This document shows positions 27,038 to 35,834 of a stretch of DNA of 64,000 nucleotides, piece after piece. Each line of letters begins with the position of its first letter. Position 1 is the stretch's first letter. The position numbers and the translations under genes were made by a program. Source of the stretch: Candidatus Omnitrophota bacterium (GTDB taxonomy: Bacteria > Omnitrophota > Gorgyraeia > Gygaellales > Profunditerraquicolaceae); NCBI GenBank assembly GCA_025453445.1, contig JALOQJ010000006.1, forward strand, positions 2,308 to 66,307, in the 5' to 3' direction. The notes beneath the pieces are model-generated. The model saw only the letters and a list, made by a program, of their open reading frames with translations. It was not told the DNA's origin and ran no database searches.

Positions 27038-28237
27038 ATGCAGATCCTGCAAGCAAAGCGCTATAATGAAATAGCCTCTTTGATGCGCCAGATGAAGGTT
27101 GATCCTTACGGCATCAAAATCATGGTGCCTAAGGCGCTGACTTTCCTCATGCGCTTAAATTCGCTTTCTAATGTGGCGGCGAATATTTTAAAACAGGAAA
27201 TGCTTTCTCTGGGCGGTGATGCAGCAATTACCAAAGATGCCATCACCGGAAAAGCAAAAAAAACTGATTGCCTTCTGATAGGGAATCTTTCTCAATTTAG
27301 AAGCCTGCACAGTAAGCTGTCATTTCAGCCTTTTGGTTTAGCCAAGTTGTCGCAGGAAATTTCTTTAGGCCTGAATAATTACCAAAGGGATATTTTTATA
27401 ATTGAATTAGGCAGGTATAAGCTTAGTTTGCGGGAAGGCAACCCTAAAATCATGGGGGTTATAAATCTCACGCCAGATTCGTTTAGTGGCGATGGGCTAT
27501 ATCAGGCTAAAGACTGCTCTTTAACAAGCATTATAAGATATGCTCAAAAAATAGCAGCAGATGGGGCGGATATAATTGATGTGGGGGGAGAATCGAGTAG
27601 ACCGGGGGCAAAGCCTTTGCCCGTAAAAGAAGAATTAAAACGAACTATACCAGTAATAAAAATTTTAGCAAAAAAGATTAAAGTTCCAATATCTATAGAT
27701 ACATATAAGCCTGAAGTCGCAAAACAGGCGCTTAGCCAGGGCGCAGTTTTAGTTAATGATATTAGCGGGTTAAAGAATCCTAAAATGGCTAAGGTAATTG
27801 CGGAATTCAAAGCCGGTGTGGTAATTATGCATATGCAGGGCGTGCCGAAAACTATGCAGAAAAACCCACAATACACTTGCTTGCTTGAAGAAATTATGAC
27901 TTATCTGGATAAGGCAATTAACAAGGCGGTTTCTTCCGGCATTGACCGTCAGAAAATCATTATTGATCCGGGAATCGGCTTTGGCAAAACACCGAACAAT
28001 AATTTAGAAATTTTAAAACAGCTGCAGGCATTGCGTATACTGGGACGGCCAATAATGGCAGGCGTATCCAGAAAATCTTTTATCGGAAAAATTCTTAATA
28101 CTCCTGTGCAGGAAAGAATTAACGGTACTATAGCAAGTTGCGTCATGGCTGCAGAAAACGGAGCCAGTATTCTTCGCGTACATGATGTGAAAGAAGTAAA
28201 AGAAGCGCTTAAAATCTTTAGCAGGATAAACCAGTGA
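27038..28237 (+). CDS. folP: Dihydropteroate synthase with N-terminal extension
   Basis: NLTPDSFS, GGESSRPG, DPGIGFGK, SRKSF, RVHDV. Confidence 0.93.
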   Translation: MQILQAKRYNEIASLMRQMKVDPYGIKIMVPKALTFLMRLNSLSNVAANILKQEMLSLGGDAAITKDAITGKAKKTDCLLIGNLSQFRSLHSKLSFQPFGLAKLSQEISLGLNNYQRDIFIIELGRYKLSLREGNPKIMGVINLTPDSFSGDGLYQAKDCSLTSIIRYAQKIAADGADIIDVGGESSRPGAKPLPVKEELKRTIPVIKILAKKIKVPISIDTYKPEVAKQALSQGAVLVNDISGLKNPKMAKVIAEFKAGVVIMHMQGVPKTMQKNPQYTCLLEEIMTYLDKAINKAVSSGIDRQKIIIDPGIGFGKTPNNNLEILKQLQALRILGRPIMAGVSRKSFIGKILNTPVQERINGTIASCVMAAENGASILRVHDVKEVKEALKIFSRINQ

Positions 28238-28992
28238 TGAATTTTCCTATGGATTGGAAAACAATAATTGAAATAGCTATACTTTGGTTCTTAATTTACC
28301 ATATTATGCTTTTCTTTGAAGGCACACGCGCAATCCAGGTTCTACGCGGGATTATTATCATATTGGTAGCGTTTTTTGTTATCCAAAGAATGAATCTCGA
28401 AGTAGTAGATTGGATATTTACCAAATTATTCGCGATTTCCGTAATTGCAATTCTGGTAATTTTTCATCCGGAAATCAGGCAGGGCTTAGCGCGCCTGGGG
28501 CAGCGCCACCTTTTTGGCACTGCTTTAAGAGAAGAAGAGATAAACCTTATCCTTTCTGAAATTATTAATGCTACGGAACTATTGAGCCGGGAAAAAATCG
28601 GAGCACTTATTGCAATTGAAAAAAACGATTCTTTAAACCCTTATATTGAAAGCGGAGTTGCCATAGATGCCAAGGTTTCCAGCGATTTAATTCAAACAAT
28701 TTTTACCCCAAAGAGCCTGCTTCATGACGGTGCTTTGATTATACAGCATGGCAGGGCCATAGCTGCGGGGTGCCTGTTCCCCTTAAGCGAGAGCCAGGAT
28801 ATCAACAGAATGTTTGGAACGCGCCATCGCGCTGCCTTAGGCTTAAGCGAAGAAACTGATGCAGTTATTATCATTGTTTCCGAAGAACGACAGGATATGT
28901 CCCTGGTCTATCAGGGAAAATTACATAAGGACCTGAGCCGCGAAACAATATTATCAAAGATCAAGGAGTTGCTTAAATATAAAAATGAGTAA
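28234..28992 (+). CDS. cdaA: Diadenylate cyclase CdaA
   Basis: Three TM helices, HDGA, GTRHRAALG. Confidence 0.95.
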   Translation: MMNFPMDWKTIIEIAILWFLIYHIMLFFEGTRAIQVLRGIIIILVAFFVIQRMNLEVVDWIFTKLFAISVIAILVIFHPEIRQGLARLGQRHLFGTALREEEINLILSEIINATELLSREKIGALIAIEKNDSLNPYIESGVAIDAKVSSDLIQTIFTPKSLLHDGALIIQHGRAIAAGCLFPLSESQDINRMFGTRHRAALGLSEETDAVIIIVSEERQDMSLVYQGKLHKDLSRETILSKIKELLKYKNE

Positions 28993-29125
28993 AGAAAAAA
29001 TAGCTTTAATTCAAAAAATTAAATATTTGTTTACATCTCATCCCTGGCTGAAGATTATCTCGTTAGCTTTGGCAATAATCGTTTGGTTTTATGTGCGGGG
29101 CGAAATTAACCGCTTTAATTTTTAA
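28985..29125 (+). CDS. 46-aa CdaR-like transmembrane peptide (not in ORF track)
   Basis: MSKEKIALIQKIKYLFTSHPWLKIISLALAIIVWFYVRGEINRFNF; overlaps cdaA stop and ends 1 nt before pdxJ ATG. Confidence 0.75.
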   Translation: MSKEKIALIQKIKYLFTSHPWLKIISLALAIIVWFYVRGEINRFNF

Positions 29126-29126
29126 T

Positions 29127-29843
29127 ATGCTGAAACTGGGAGTAAATATAGACCACGTAGCGACTGTCAGGGAAATCAGGCATGGAATTGAACCTGAGCC
29201 TGTTAATGCCGCTTTATTGGCAGAGAGTTCCGGAGCAGACAGCATTGTTGTGCATCTAAGGGAAGACCGCCGGCACATTAAGGAAAAGGATCTTTTTGTT
29301 TTAAGAAAAACCATTAAAACAAAAATGAATTTAGAGATGTCGATTGCTCCGGAAATCGTAAAAATTGCCTGCCGGCTGAAACCTGATCAGGCAACCTTAG
29401 TCCCGGAAAAAAGGCAGGAACTGACTACCGAAGGCGGATTAGACGTTATTTCTAACCTGAAAAAAATCGCGCAGGTTAAAAATACATTAGGAGAACAAGG
29501 CATTGGCGTAAGTTTATTCATTGATCCGGAAAAAAAGCAAATTGATGCCGCTTTAAAAGTCGGAATTAAAATGATCGAACTGCATACCGGACGTTTCGCG
29601 GAAGCAAAAAATAAGCAACAAGTACAAAGGTACCTCAAAGAACTGAAAATAGCTGCTAAATATGCAAAAGCTAAAGGACTGCGTGTTTTTGCGGGTCACG
29701 GCCTGGATTATTATAATGTTTGCCTGGTAGCGGATATTAAGGAAATTGAAGAATTAAATATTGGCTATTCTATTGTCTGCCGCGCAGTGCTGATGGGATT
29801 TGAAGAGGCAGTGCGGGAAATGAAGGCTTTGATAAAAAGATGA
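29127..29843 (+). CDS. pdxJ: Pyridoxine 5'-phosphate synthase
   Basis: LGVNIDHVAT, HLREDRRHI, ELTTEGG, AGHGL. Confidence 0.96.
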   Translation: MLKLGVNIDHVATVREIRHGIEPEPVNAALLAESSGADSIVVHLREDRRHIKEKDLFVLRKTIKTKMNLEMSIAPEIVKIACRLKPDQATLVPEKRQELTTEGGLDVISNLKKIAQVKNTLGEQGIGVSLFIDPEKKQIDAALKVGIKMIELHTGRFAEAKNKQQVQRYLKELKIAAKYAKAKGLRVFAGHGLDYYNVCLVADIKEIEELNIGYSIVCRAVLMGFEEAVREMKALIKR

Positions 29844-30196
29844 TTATCGGCACGGGAGTTGATATTACGGAAGTAAGACGGCTCCGCCAAGCAGTGGAAA
29901 AATGGGGCGATGCTTTTACAAACCGTATTTTTACTAAAGTTGAACTGGAAAACGCCAAGACACGCGGTAGTTTTTATCAGCATCTGGCCGGTAGATTTGC
30001 CGCTAAAGAGGCTGTATTTAAGGCGCTGGGAAATAAGAATCTAAATTGGAAAGATATGGAAATACTTAACGATCGTGACGGTAGGCCGCGTTGTACGATA
30101 GTACGAAGTAAAGCTAAGAATCTTCACGTACATATTTCCATTTCGCATGTAAAAAATTATGCAGTTGCCAACGCGGTTATTACAGAGAAAGCTTAA
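29840..30196 (+). CDS. acpS: Holo-ACP synthase
   Basis: GTGVDI, RFAAKEAVFKA, ISISH. Confidence 0.95.
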   Translation: MIIGTGVDITEVRRLRQAVEKWGDAFTNRIFTKVELENAKTRGSFYQHLAGRFAAKEAVFKALGNKNLNWKDMEILNDRDGRPRCTIVRSKAKNLHVHISISHVKNYAVANAVITEKA

Positions 30197-31022
30197 CAGC
30201 CATAAGGCTGATTTTGGGCACGTTCTTATATTAGCCGGATCTTTGAAATTTTCCGGAGCAGCGCTGCTTGCTGGTGAGGCTTGTTTACGTTCCGGCGCAG
30301 GGCTAGTTACCTTAGGCATGCCGAAAAGTTTATGCTTAGCAGTACTTAAAATAAAGGCAAAAGAAATAATGCTTCTGCCTTTAGCTGAAACAAAAGACAA
30401 AACTTTAGATATATCGGCTTTTAAGGAGATCAAAGATTTTATGAAAAAGGCTCAAGTTTTGGCTATTGGCCCGGGGTTATCAGACGATAAATCAACCCAA
30501 AGCTTAGCACGAAAAGTAATATCCGAAATTTCTAAACCTATGGTAATTGATGCTGATGGCCTTAATGCATTGGCAGGGCATTTAAGTATTTTACTAAAAA
30601 GAAAGGGTATTGGCTTACCGACAATATTAACCCCGCACCCGGGTGAAATGTCGCGGCTTTCAGGCATCAGTGCGGCAAAGGTGCAGGCAGCAAGAAAAAA
30701 AGTTGCCAAAGAATTAGCAAATGATTATAATTGCGTAATTGTCCTTAAGGGGCATAGGACAGTAGTGGCTGGCCCGAAGGTAAAAACATACGAAAATACA
30801 ACCGGAAATCCGGGAATGGCCAGTGCGGGAAGCGGCGATGTATTAACCGGTATGATAGCCGCGTTTTTGGGACAAAACTTAAATGCATTTGAGGCGACAA
30901 AATACGCCGTTTATTTGCACGGCTTAGCCGGAGACCTGGCAGGGAAAGAAAAAACACAAATTTCCCTGATTGCATCAGACATTATTGCTAAAATTCCTGC
31001 GGCAATCAGGAAGTGCTCTTAA
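30159..31022 (+). CDS. nnrD: ADP-dependent NAD(P)HX dehydratase (stand-alone)
   Basis: SHKADFG, IGPGL, DADGL, TPHPGE, GSGDVL. Confidence 0.93.
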   Translation: MQLPTRLLQRKLNSHKADFGHVLILAGSLKFSGAALLAGEACLRSGAGLVTLGMPKSLCLAVLKIKAKEIMLLPLAETKDKTLDISAFKEIKDFMKKAQVLAIGPGLSDDKSTQSLARKVISEISKPMVIDADGLNALAGHLSILLKRKGIGLPTILTPHPGEMSRLSGISAAKVQAARKKVAKELANDYNCVIVLKGHRTVVAGPKVKTYENTTGNPGMASAGSGDVLTGMIAAFLGQNLNAFEATKYAVYLHGLAGDLAGKEKTQISLIASDIIAKIPAAIRKCS

Positions 31023-31028
31023 AAAATT

Positions 31029-31104
31029 GCCGGCATAGCTCAGTTGGTAGAGCGTCTGTTTTGTAAACAGATGGTCGGGGGTTCGATTCCTCTTGCCGGC
31101 TCCA
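31029..31104 (+). tRNA. tRNA-Thr (TGT)
   Basis: GCCGGCA/TGCCGGC stem, loop TTTGTAA, TTCGATT, encoded CCA. Confidence 0.96.
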
Positions 31105-31128
31105 TTATATATAAGAAATAGCCATGCT

Positions 31129-31234
31129 AAATTCTAAACTCGAAATCCGAAATTCTAAACAAATGCAAACGGATTAATTTAGAAAATTAAGATTTAGATT
31201 TAGTTTAGGATTTAGATATTAGAATTTAGGATTT
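31129..31234. repeat. Palindromic heptamer-array element between tRNAs
   Basis: aaattct aaactcg aaatccg aaattct aaac ... gttt aggattt agatatt agaattt aggattt. Confidence 0.85.
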
Positions 31235-31244
31235 GTTTTTAATA

Positions 31245-31327
31245 GGGCAGGTACCCAAGTGGCCAAAGGGGGCAGACTGTAAATCTGTTGCACTTGTGCT
31301 TCAGAGGTTCGAATCCTCTCCTGCCCA
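31245..31327 (+). tRNA. tRNA-Tyr (GTA)
   Basis: GGGCAGG/CCTGCCC stem, CTGTAAA loop, long variable arm; CCA not encoded. Confidence 0.95.
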
Positions 31328-31411
31328 TTTAAATTTCCCCGACAAGGGAAATTTAAATGGCACTAAAGCGAGCGTTAAACGGCCCGACAAGGGCCGTAGC
31401 GAGCGTAGTGC
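31325..31411 (+). repeat. Two hairpins sharing the CCCGACAAGGG loop motif
   Basis: 15-bp stem 31325-31339/31346-31360; acggccc-gacaa-gggccgt flanked by two GCGAGCG. Confidence 0.7.
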
Positions 31412-31457
31412 CTAGACTAAAAAGCTACAAGTAAAATTTTAATAGCACTGAAAAAAT

Positions 31458-31528
31458 GCGGGAGTAGTTCAGTGGTAGAACAATAGCCTTCCAAGCTATA
31501 TATGGGGGTTCGATTCCCCTCTCCCGCT
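31458..31528 (+). tRNA. tRNA-Gly (TCC)
   Basis: GCGGGAG/CTCCCGC stem, CTTCCAA loop; CCA not encoded. Confidence 0.95.
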
Positions 31529-31538
31529 CTGATTTTTT

Positions 31539-31656
31539 CGCGAAGCGAAAAAATCATCCCGAGCTGCAATGTTTTTGTGCAGTGCGAGGGATAAACAGAC
31601 GCGAAGCGAAAAAATCATCCCGAGTTACAATGTTTTTATTTAGTGCAAGGGACAAA
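31539..31656 (+). repeat. Two imperfect 57-nt direct repeats (period 61), REP-like
   Basis: cgcgaagcgaaaaaatcatcccgag...agtgc(g/a)aggga at 31539 and 31600. Confidence 0.85.
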
Positions 31657-31677
31657 GAATCATGAAAGGAACCCCTT

Positions 31678-32442
31678 ATGGAAAGAGAATTCTTAGAGCC
31701 GGTTTTCATCGAAGCATTTGATGTAGACGATGCATGGTTCCAATGCCTGTCTGCAATCCTCGATAAAGGCCATGTTTACATGATTACCCGCGGCAGCTAC
31801 GAGGGGCAAAAACGGCTGGAATTTGATTTTGCGGTAGTGAGGATAAAAAAACCATCGCATCAGATTATTCCAATAATACCCGAAGGAATGAGTATCCCGG
31901 CGCCTACGGATATGGATTATATCCAAGGTTACCTTGGATATCTACTTACAGGGGCAAAAACCGATACCGAAGATTATACTTATGGCGAGCGCCTTGTAGG
32001 CAGGCTGCAGGATCCCGGGGCAATGGTTAAAAACATGCCGCTCAACGTTAATCAGGTAGAAGAAGTAATAAAAATTTATAAGGATAAAGGTTTCGGCACT
32101 AATCAGGCTACCATGGAAATCGGCATGCCGTCGGATATACGATTGGCTGATCCGCCATGCCTGAGAATTATCGATACACGTATTCGTTACGGAAAACTAC
32201 ACTTCATTTTATATTTCCGTTCCTGGGATTTATGGGGTGGATTTCCTTCAAACCTTGGAGGGCTGCAACTGGTAAAGCAATACATGGCCGAAGAAATCGG
32301 CGTTGAAGATGGAGAAATTATTGCTGTCAGTAAAGGTTTGCATCTTTACGAGTACAGCTGGGATTTGGCAAAAATAAGGACTAATAAAGTAAATCCCGCA
32401 GCATTAAAAGACGTTACAGCAAAAGAGGTGAAAACTAGATGA
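31678..32442 (+). CDS. thyA: Thymidylate synthase, archaeal-like short type
   Basis: YTYGERL, DPPCLR, FRSWD, N in GFPSNL, HLYE. Confidence 0.85.
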   Translation: MEREFLEPVFIEAFDVDDAWFQCLSAILDKGHVYMITRGSYEGQKRLEFDFAVVRIKKPSHQIIPIIPEGMSIPAPTDMDYIQGYLGYLLTGAKTDTEDYTYGERLVGRLQDPGAMVKNMPLNVNQVEEVIKIYKDKGFGTNQATMEIGMPSDIRLADPPCLRIIDTRIRYGKLHFILYFRSWDLWGGFPSNLGGLQLVKQYMAEEIGVEDGEIIAVSKGLHLYEYSWDLAKIRTNKVNPAALKDVTAKEVKTR

Positions 32443-32954
32443 GAAGAAATACTTATAGCGGGCCGGAAAGAAGAAAATTTATCAGGTTAGACTATATAGC
32501 GCCGTTGGGTTGTAAAATTTGCAGCGAACAAACGATGAATAAGCTACTGCAGGGCTATACTGCGGATGTCAGCGAAGCAGGGCTACTTTGCAATATAAGG
32601 GAACAGGTTAAAATTAATGATATTCTTTGGCTTGCTTTTGACCGCGGTGCCTTAAGCATCTGCTCTGATATTGAAAAAAGGGCACTTATTTATCAAAACG
32701 GAATTATCGGAAAAGTGGCCCGCATCGACCAAAAAGAAGATAGCAGTTTTAATGTCGGAGTAAATTTTATAACCCGGGAAGAAAAAAATTTAAGCAATAT
32801 TTATCCTAAGATACATTTTACAAAAGACCTTCCTTTATCAACTTTGCCGGATGATGAAGCTGATGAAGAGGAACAAGATAATACTAATGCAACAGAACAG
32901 CCTGATGATAACCAGGATGAAAATACCTCTCAGGCAGAAGAAGAGAATAATTAA
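32439..32954 (+). CDS. PilZ-domain protein with acidic tail
   Basis: ERRKFIR (RxxxR), DVSEAG. Confidence 0.82.
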   Translation: MRRNTYSGPERRKFIRLDYIAPLGCKICSEQTMNKLLQGYTADVSEAGLLCNIREQVKINDILWLAFDRGALSICSDIEKRALIYQNGIIGKVARIDQKEDSSFNVGVNFITREEKNLSNIYPKIHFTKDLPLSTLPDDEADEEEQDNTNATEQPDDNQDENTSQAEEENN

Positions 32955-32957
32955 TCG

Positions 32958-33947
32958 ATGAACATTTCTATAATAGGCGACGGAGGATGGGGTACTACCT
33001 TAGCGATACTTTTGTCAAAAAAAGGCTATCCAGTTACGCTTTGGGGCGCGTTTAAAGAATACACGGACTACCTGAATAAAAAAAGAGTGAATTCAAAATT
33101 CCTGCCCGGAATAAAAATTCCCGCAGGGATTAACATTACACACGACTTAAATGAAGCGCTGCGTGATAAAGAATTAATTGTTCTGGCTGTACCATCGCAA
33201 TATTTACGTAAGGTGATCCGGGAATTTAAAAAAACCGGCTATCCTAAAAAAAGTATTTACTTGAGCGTTACCAAAGGAATCGAGATAAGCACTCTTAAAA
33301 GAATTTCAGAAATAATCAAAGAAGAATTGGGTCCGGTAAAAACAGCTGTTCTTTCAGGGCCGACAATTGCCCATGAGGTGGCTGCGGGCAAACCGACTAC
33401 CGCTGTTATCGCTTCAAAGAATGCAGTTGTCAGAAAACGCTTGCAGGATATTTTTATCACTAAGAGATTCAGGATTTACACTAATGATGATGTAATTGGA
33501 GTGGAATTAGGGGGCAGCTTGAAGAATGTAATTGCCATAGCCTGCGGAATTTCAGACGGCCTGGGTTTTGGAGCAAACACAAAAGCAGCATTGCTTTCCC
33601 GCGGCCTGGCAGAAATTTCCCGGCTGGGCATGAAGATGGGAGCTAAAACTTCGACATTCAGCGGCATCAGCGGCTTAGGAGACCTTGTAACTACCTGCAT
33701 CAGTCAATATAGCCGCAATAGGTTTGTTGGAGAACAGATCGGTAAAGGCAGGAAGTTGAGTGAAATTAAATCCCATATGCAGATGGTTGCCGAAGGAGTG
33801 CCGACAACGCAGTCTGCATATCAGCTAAGCCTGCGTTACAAAGTAAGCATGCCGATTACAAAAGAAATATACGCTGTTCTTTATAAAAATAAATCCGCGC
33901 AACAGGCAGTTAAGGATTTAATGACTAGAAAAAAGAAAGAGGAATAA
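32958..33947 (+). CDS. gpsA: NAD(P)H-dependent glycerol-3-phosphate dehydrogenase
   Basis: GDGGWGT, LSGP, LKNVIAI, GDLVTTC, SRN. Confidence 0.96.
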   Translation: MNISIIGDGGWGTTLAILLSKKGYPVTLWGAFKEYTDYLNKKRVNSKFLPGIKIPAGINITHDLNEALRDKELIVLAVPSQYLRKVIREFKKTGYPKKSIYLSVTKGIEISTLKRISEIIKEELGPVKTAVLSGPTIAHEVAAGKPTTAVIASKNAVVRKRLQDIFITKRFRIYTNDDVIGVELGGSLKNVIAIACGISDGLGFGANTKAALLSRGLAEISRLGMKMGAKTSTFSGISGLGDLVTTCISQYSRNRFVGEQIGKGRKLSEIKSHMQMVAEGVPTTQSAYQLSLRYKVSMPITKEIYAVLYKNKSAQQAVKDLMTRKKKEE

Positions 33948-34043
33948 AAATATTGAGATGCATGCGGGGGCGTGCCCCGTTGCATCTCCACAACTAAAAA
34001 TATTGAGATGCATGCGGGGGCGTGCCCCGTTGCATCTCCACAA
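33945..34043 (+). repeat. Exact tandem duplication of a 49-nt hairpin unit
   Basis: taaaaatattgagatgcatgcgggggcgtgccccgttgcatctccacaa at 33945 and 33995. Confidence 0.92.
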
Positions 34044-34048
34044 TGCAA

Positions 34049-34123
34049 CGGGGCGTGGCTCAGTTTGGCTAGAGCGCTTGAATGGGGTTCAAGAGGCCGA
34101 CAGTTCAAGTCTGTCCGCCCCGA
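34049..34123 (+). tRNA. tRNA-Pro (GGG)
   Basis: CGGGGCG/CGCCCCG stem, loop ATGGGGT; CCA not encoded. Confidence 0.93.
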
Positions 34124-34155
34124 CTTTTTAAAGCAGATAAAAGGAGGGTGAAGAA

Positions 34156-34509
34156 ATGGGATATTTAGGACCGGAAAGGCGTAAAAATGCGCGCATCAGC
34201 GGACGTTTTATTGTTTCATACCGCATCCTCGAAGAAAGTAACAATGTTGATATTTCACAAACAAAGAATATCAGCTTAGGCGGCATGCTCCTCACTACCA
34301 ACAGAAATTTTGAGCCCGGGACAAACTTAGCAATTGAAATCAGGCTTCCCTTTGACCCGAATCCGATAATGCTTATCGGGAAAGTGCTCGAATCGCATGA
34401 AATTACCAAAGACTTGATTTATGACACAAGAATGCAATTTTTGGCAGTTGATGAAACACACAGGGATGCTATTAATCAGACAGTAGATTATTATTTAAAA
34501 AAGAGATAG
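34156..34509 (+). CDS. PilZ-domain protein
   Basis: ERRKNAR, NISLGG. Confidence 0.88.
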   Translation: MGYLGPERRKNARISGRFIVSYRILEESNNVDISQTKNISLGGMLLTTNRNFEPGTNLAIEIRLPFDPNPIMLIGKVLESHEITKDLIYDTRMQFLAVDETHRDAINQTVDYYLKKR

Positions 34510-34538
34510 CTGGCGTTTCATGGAAGGGGACGAAGTCA

Positions 34539-35834
34539 ATGGAAAAAATTAACCTGGGTTTAATTGGTTTTGGCAATGTAGGCTCCGGCGTGGTAAAAAT
34601 CTTGCGCGAAAGAAAAACCTTCTTAAGCAAAAAAATCGGGCTGGAGATAGAAATTAAAAAAATCTGCGATAAAGACCGTTCCTCCAAACGCTGCATCACA
34701 GTTGATAAAAACCTCTTTACTTCCGAAGCAAGCGAAATTATCAATGATCCAAAAATTGACATAGTCGTAGAGTTAATTGGCGGCATACACCCTGCGAAAG
34801 AATTTATTAGCGACGCTTTAAAGAAAGGCAAGAATGTGGTTACCGCCAATAAAGCCCTGCTTGCCGAACATGGCCGGGAATTATTCGCACTTGCTATGGA
34901 CCGCGGAAAAAATATTTATTTTGAAGCTTCTGTGGGTGCTGGCATTCCGATTATTAAATCCCTGCGCGAAGGCTTAGTTGCCAATAAATTCAGCAGTATT
35001 TTTGGCATTGTTAACGGCACTTCTAATTATGTGCTAACTCAAATGTCCTGTAATAATTCTTCTTTTAATGATGCGCTTCAGGATGCAAAAAAGAAAGGAT
35101 TTGCTGAAAAAGACCCGACTTTGGATATCGAAGGCACGGATTCAGCGCATAAATTAATCCTTTTGGCTTACCTTTGTTTCGGAAAGCTGGTCAGCTTAAA
35201 CGATATTTTTGTGGAAGGAATCTCGCGCGTTTCTCTGGCAGATATTAATTACGCCAAAGAACTCGGATTCCAGGTAAAACTTTTGGCAATAGCTAAAAAA
35301 GAATCCGGAGAACTTGAATTAAGAGTTCATCCGACTTTTATACCTGAAGGCCATCTTTTATCGTCTGTCGACGGGATATTTAACGCGATATACGTCTCAA
35401 GTGATCTGGCCGGGAACCTCTTATTTTACGGCCCGGGCGCAGGACAGTTAAGCGCGGCTTCTGCGGTAGTTTCTGACATTGTTGACTTGGCGCATGACAT
35501 CAAAGCAGGGCTTTTCCGTCCCACTCTAAATATCGTTCCTGATGAGGGAGTTAAAAAATTACGCAAATTTGATGAAATCGAAAGCCGCTATTATATCCGT
35601 TTCAATGCCCTGGATAAACCGGGGGTCTTGGCAAAAATTTCCGGCATATTGGCAAAATCCGGCATTAGTATTGCCTCAGTGACCCAAAAAGAAAGGCGCC
35701 GCGCCAGCATCGTGCCGATTGTAATGATCATACATGAAGCTAAGGAAAAAAACCTGCGCGCTGCATTGAATGTTATTGATCGCTTAAACGTAATCAAGGA
35801 AAAATCAGTTGCAATAAGGATAGAGGAAGCATGA
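34539..35834 (+). CDS. hom: Homoserine dehydrogenase
   Basis: GFGNVG, VTANK, EASVGAGIP, NGTSN, C-terminal ACT domain. Confidence 0.96.
   Translation: MEKINLGLIGFGNVGSGVVKILRERKTFLSKKIGLEIEIKKICDKDRSSKRCITVDKNLFTSEASEIINDPKIDIVVELIGGIHPAKEFISDALKKGKNVVTANKALLAEHGRELFALAMDRGKNIYFEASVGAGIPIIKSLREGLVANKFSSIFGIVNGTSNYVLTQMSCNNSSFNDALQDAKKKGFAEKDPTLDIEGTDSAHKLILLAYLCFGKLVSLNDIFVEGISRVSLADINYAKELGFQVKLLAIAKKESGELELRVHPTFIPEGHLLSSVDGIFNAIYVSSDLAGNLLFYGPGAGQLSAASAVVSDIVDLAHDIKAGLFRPTLNIVPDEGVKKLRKFDEIESRYYIRFNALDKPGVLAKISGILAKSGISIASVTQKERRRASIVPIVMIIHEAKEKNLRAALNVIDRLNVIKEKSVAIRIEEA

Noticed and set aside
29091-29126. Longer pdxJ start in the ORF track
   Set aside because: Overlaps the mini-CdaR ORF; PdxJ homology begins at ATG 29127.
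31233-31415. 60-aa ORF
   Set aside because: Overlaps tRNA-Tyr.
31539-31656. CRISPR array
   Set aside because: Only two degenerate units separated by 4 nt.
33945-34043. CRISPR array
   Set aside because: Two adjacent units with no spacer and no cas genes.
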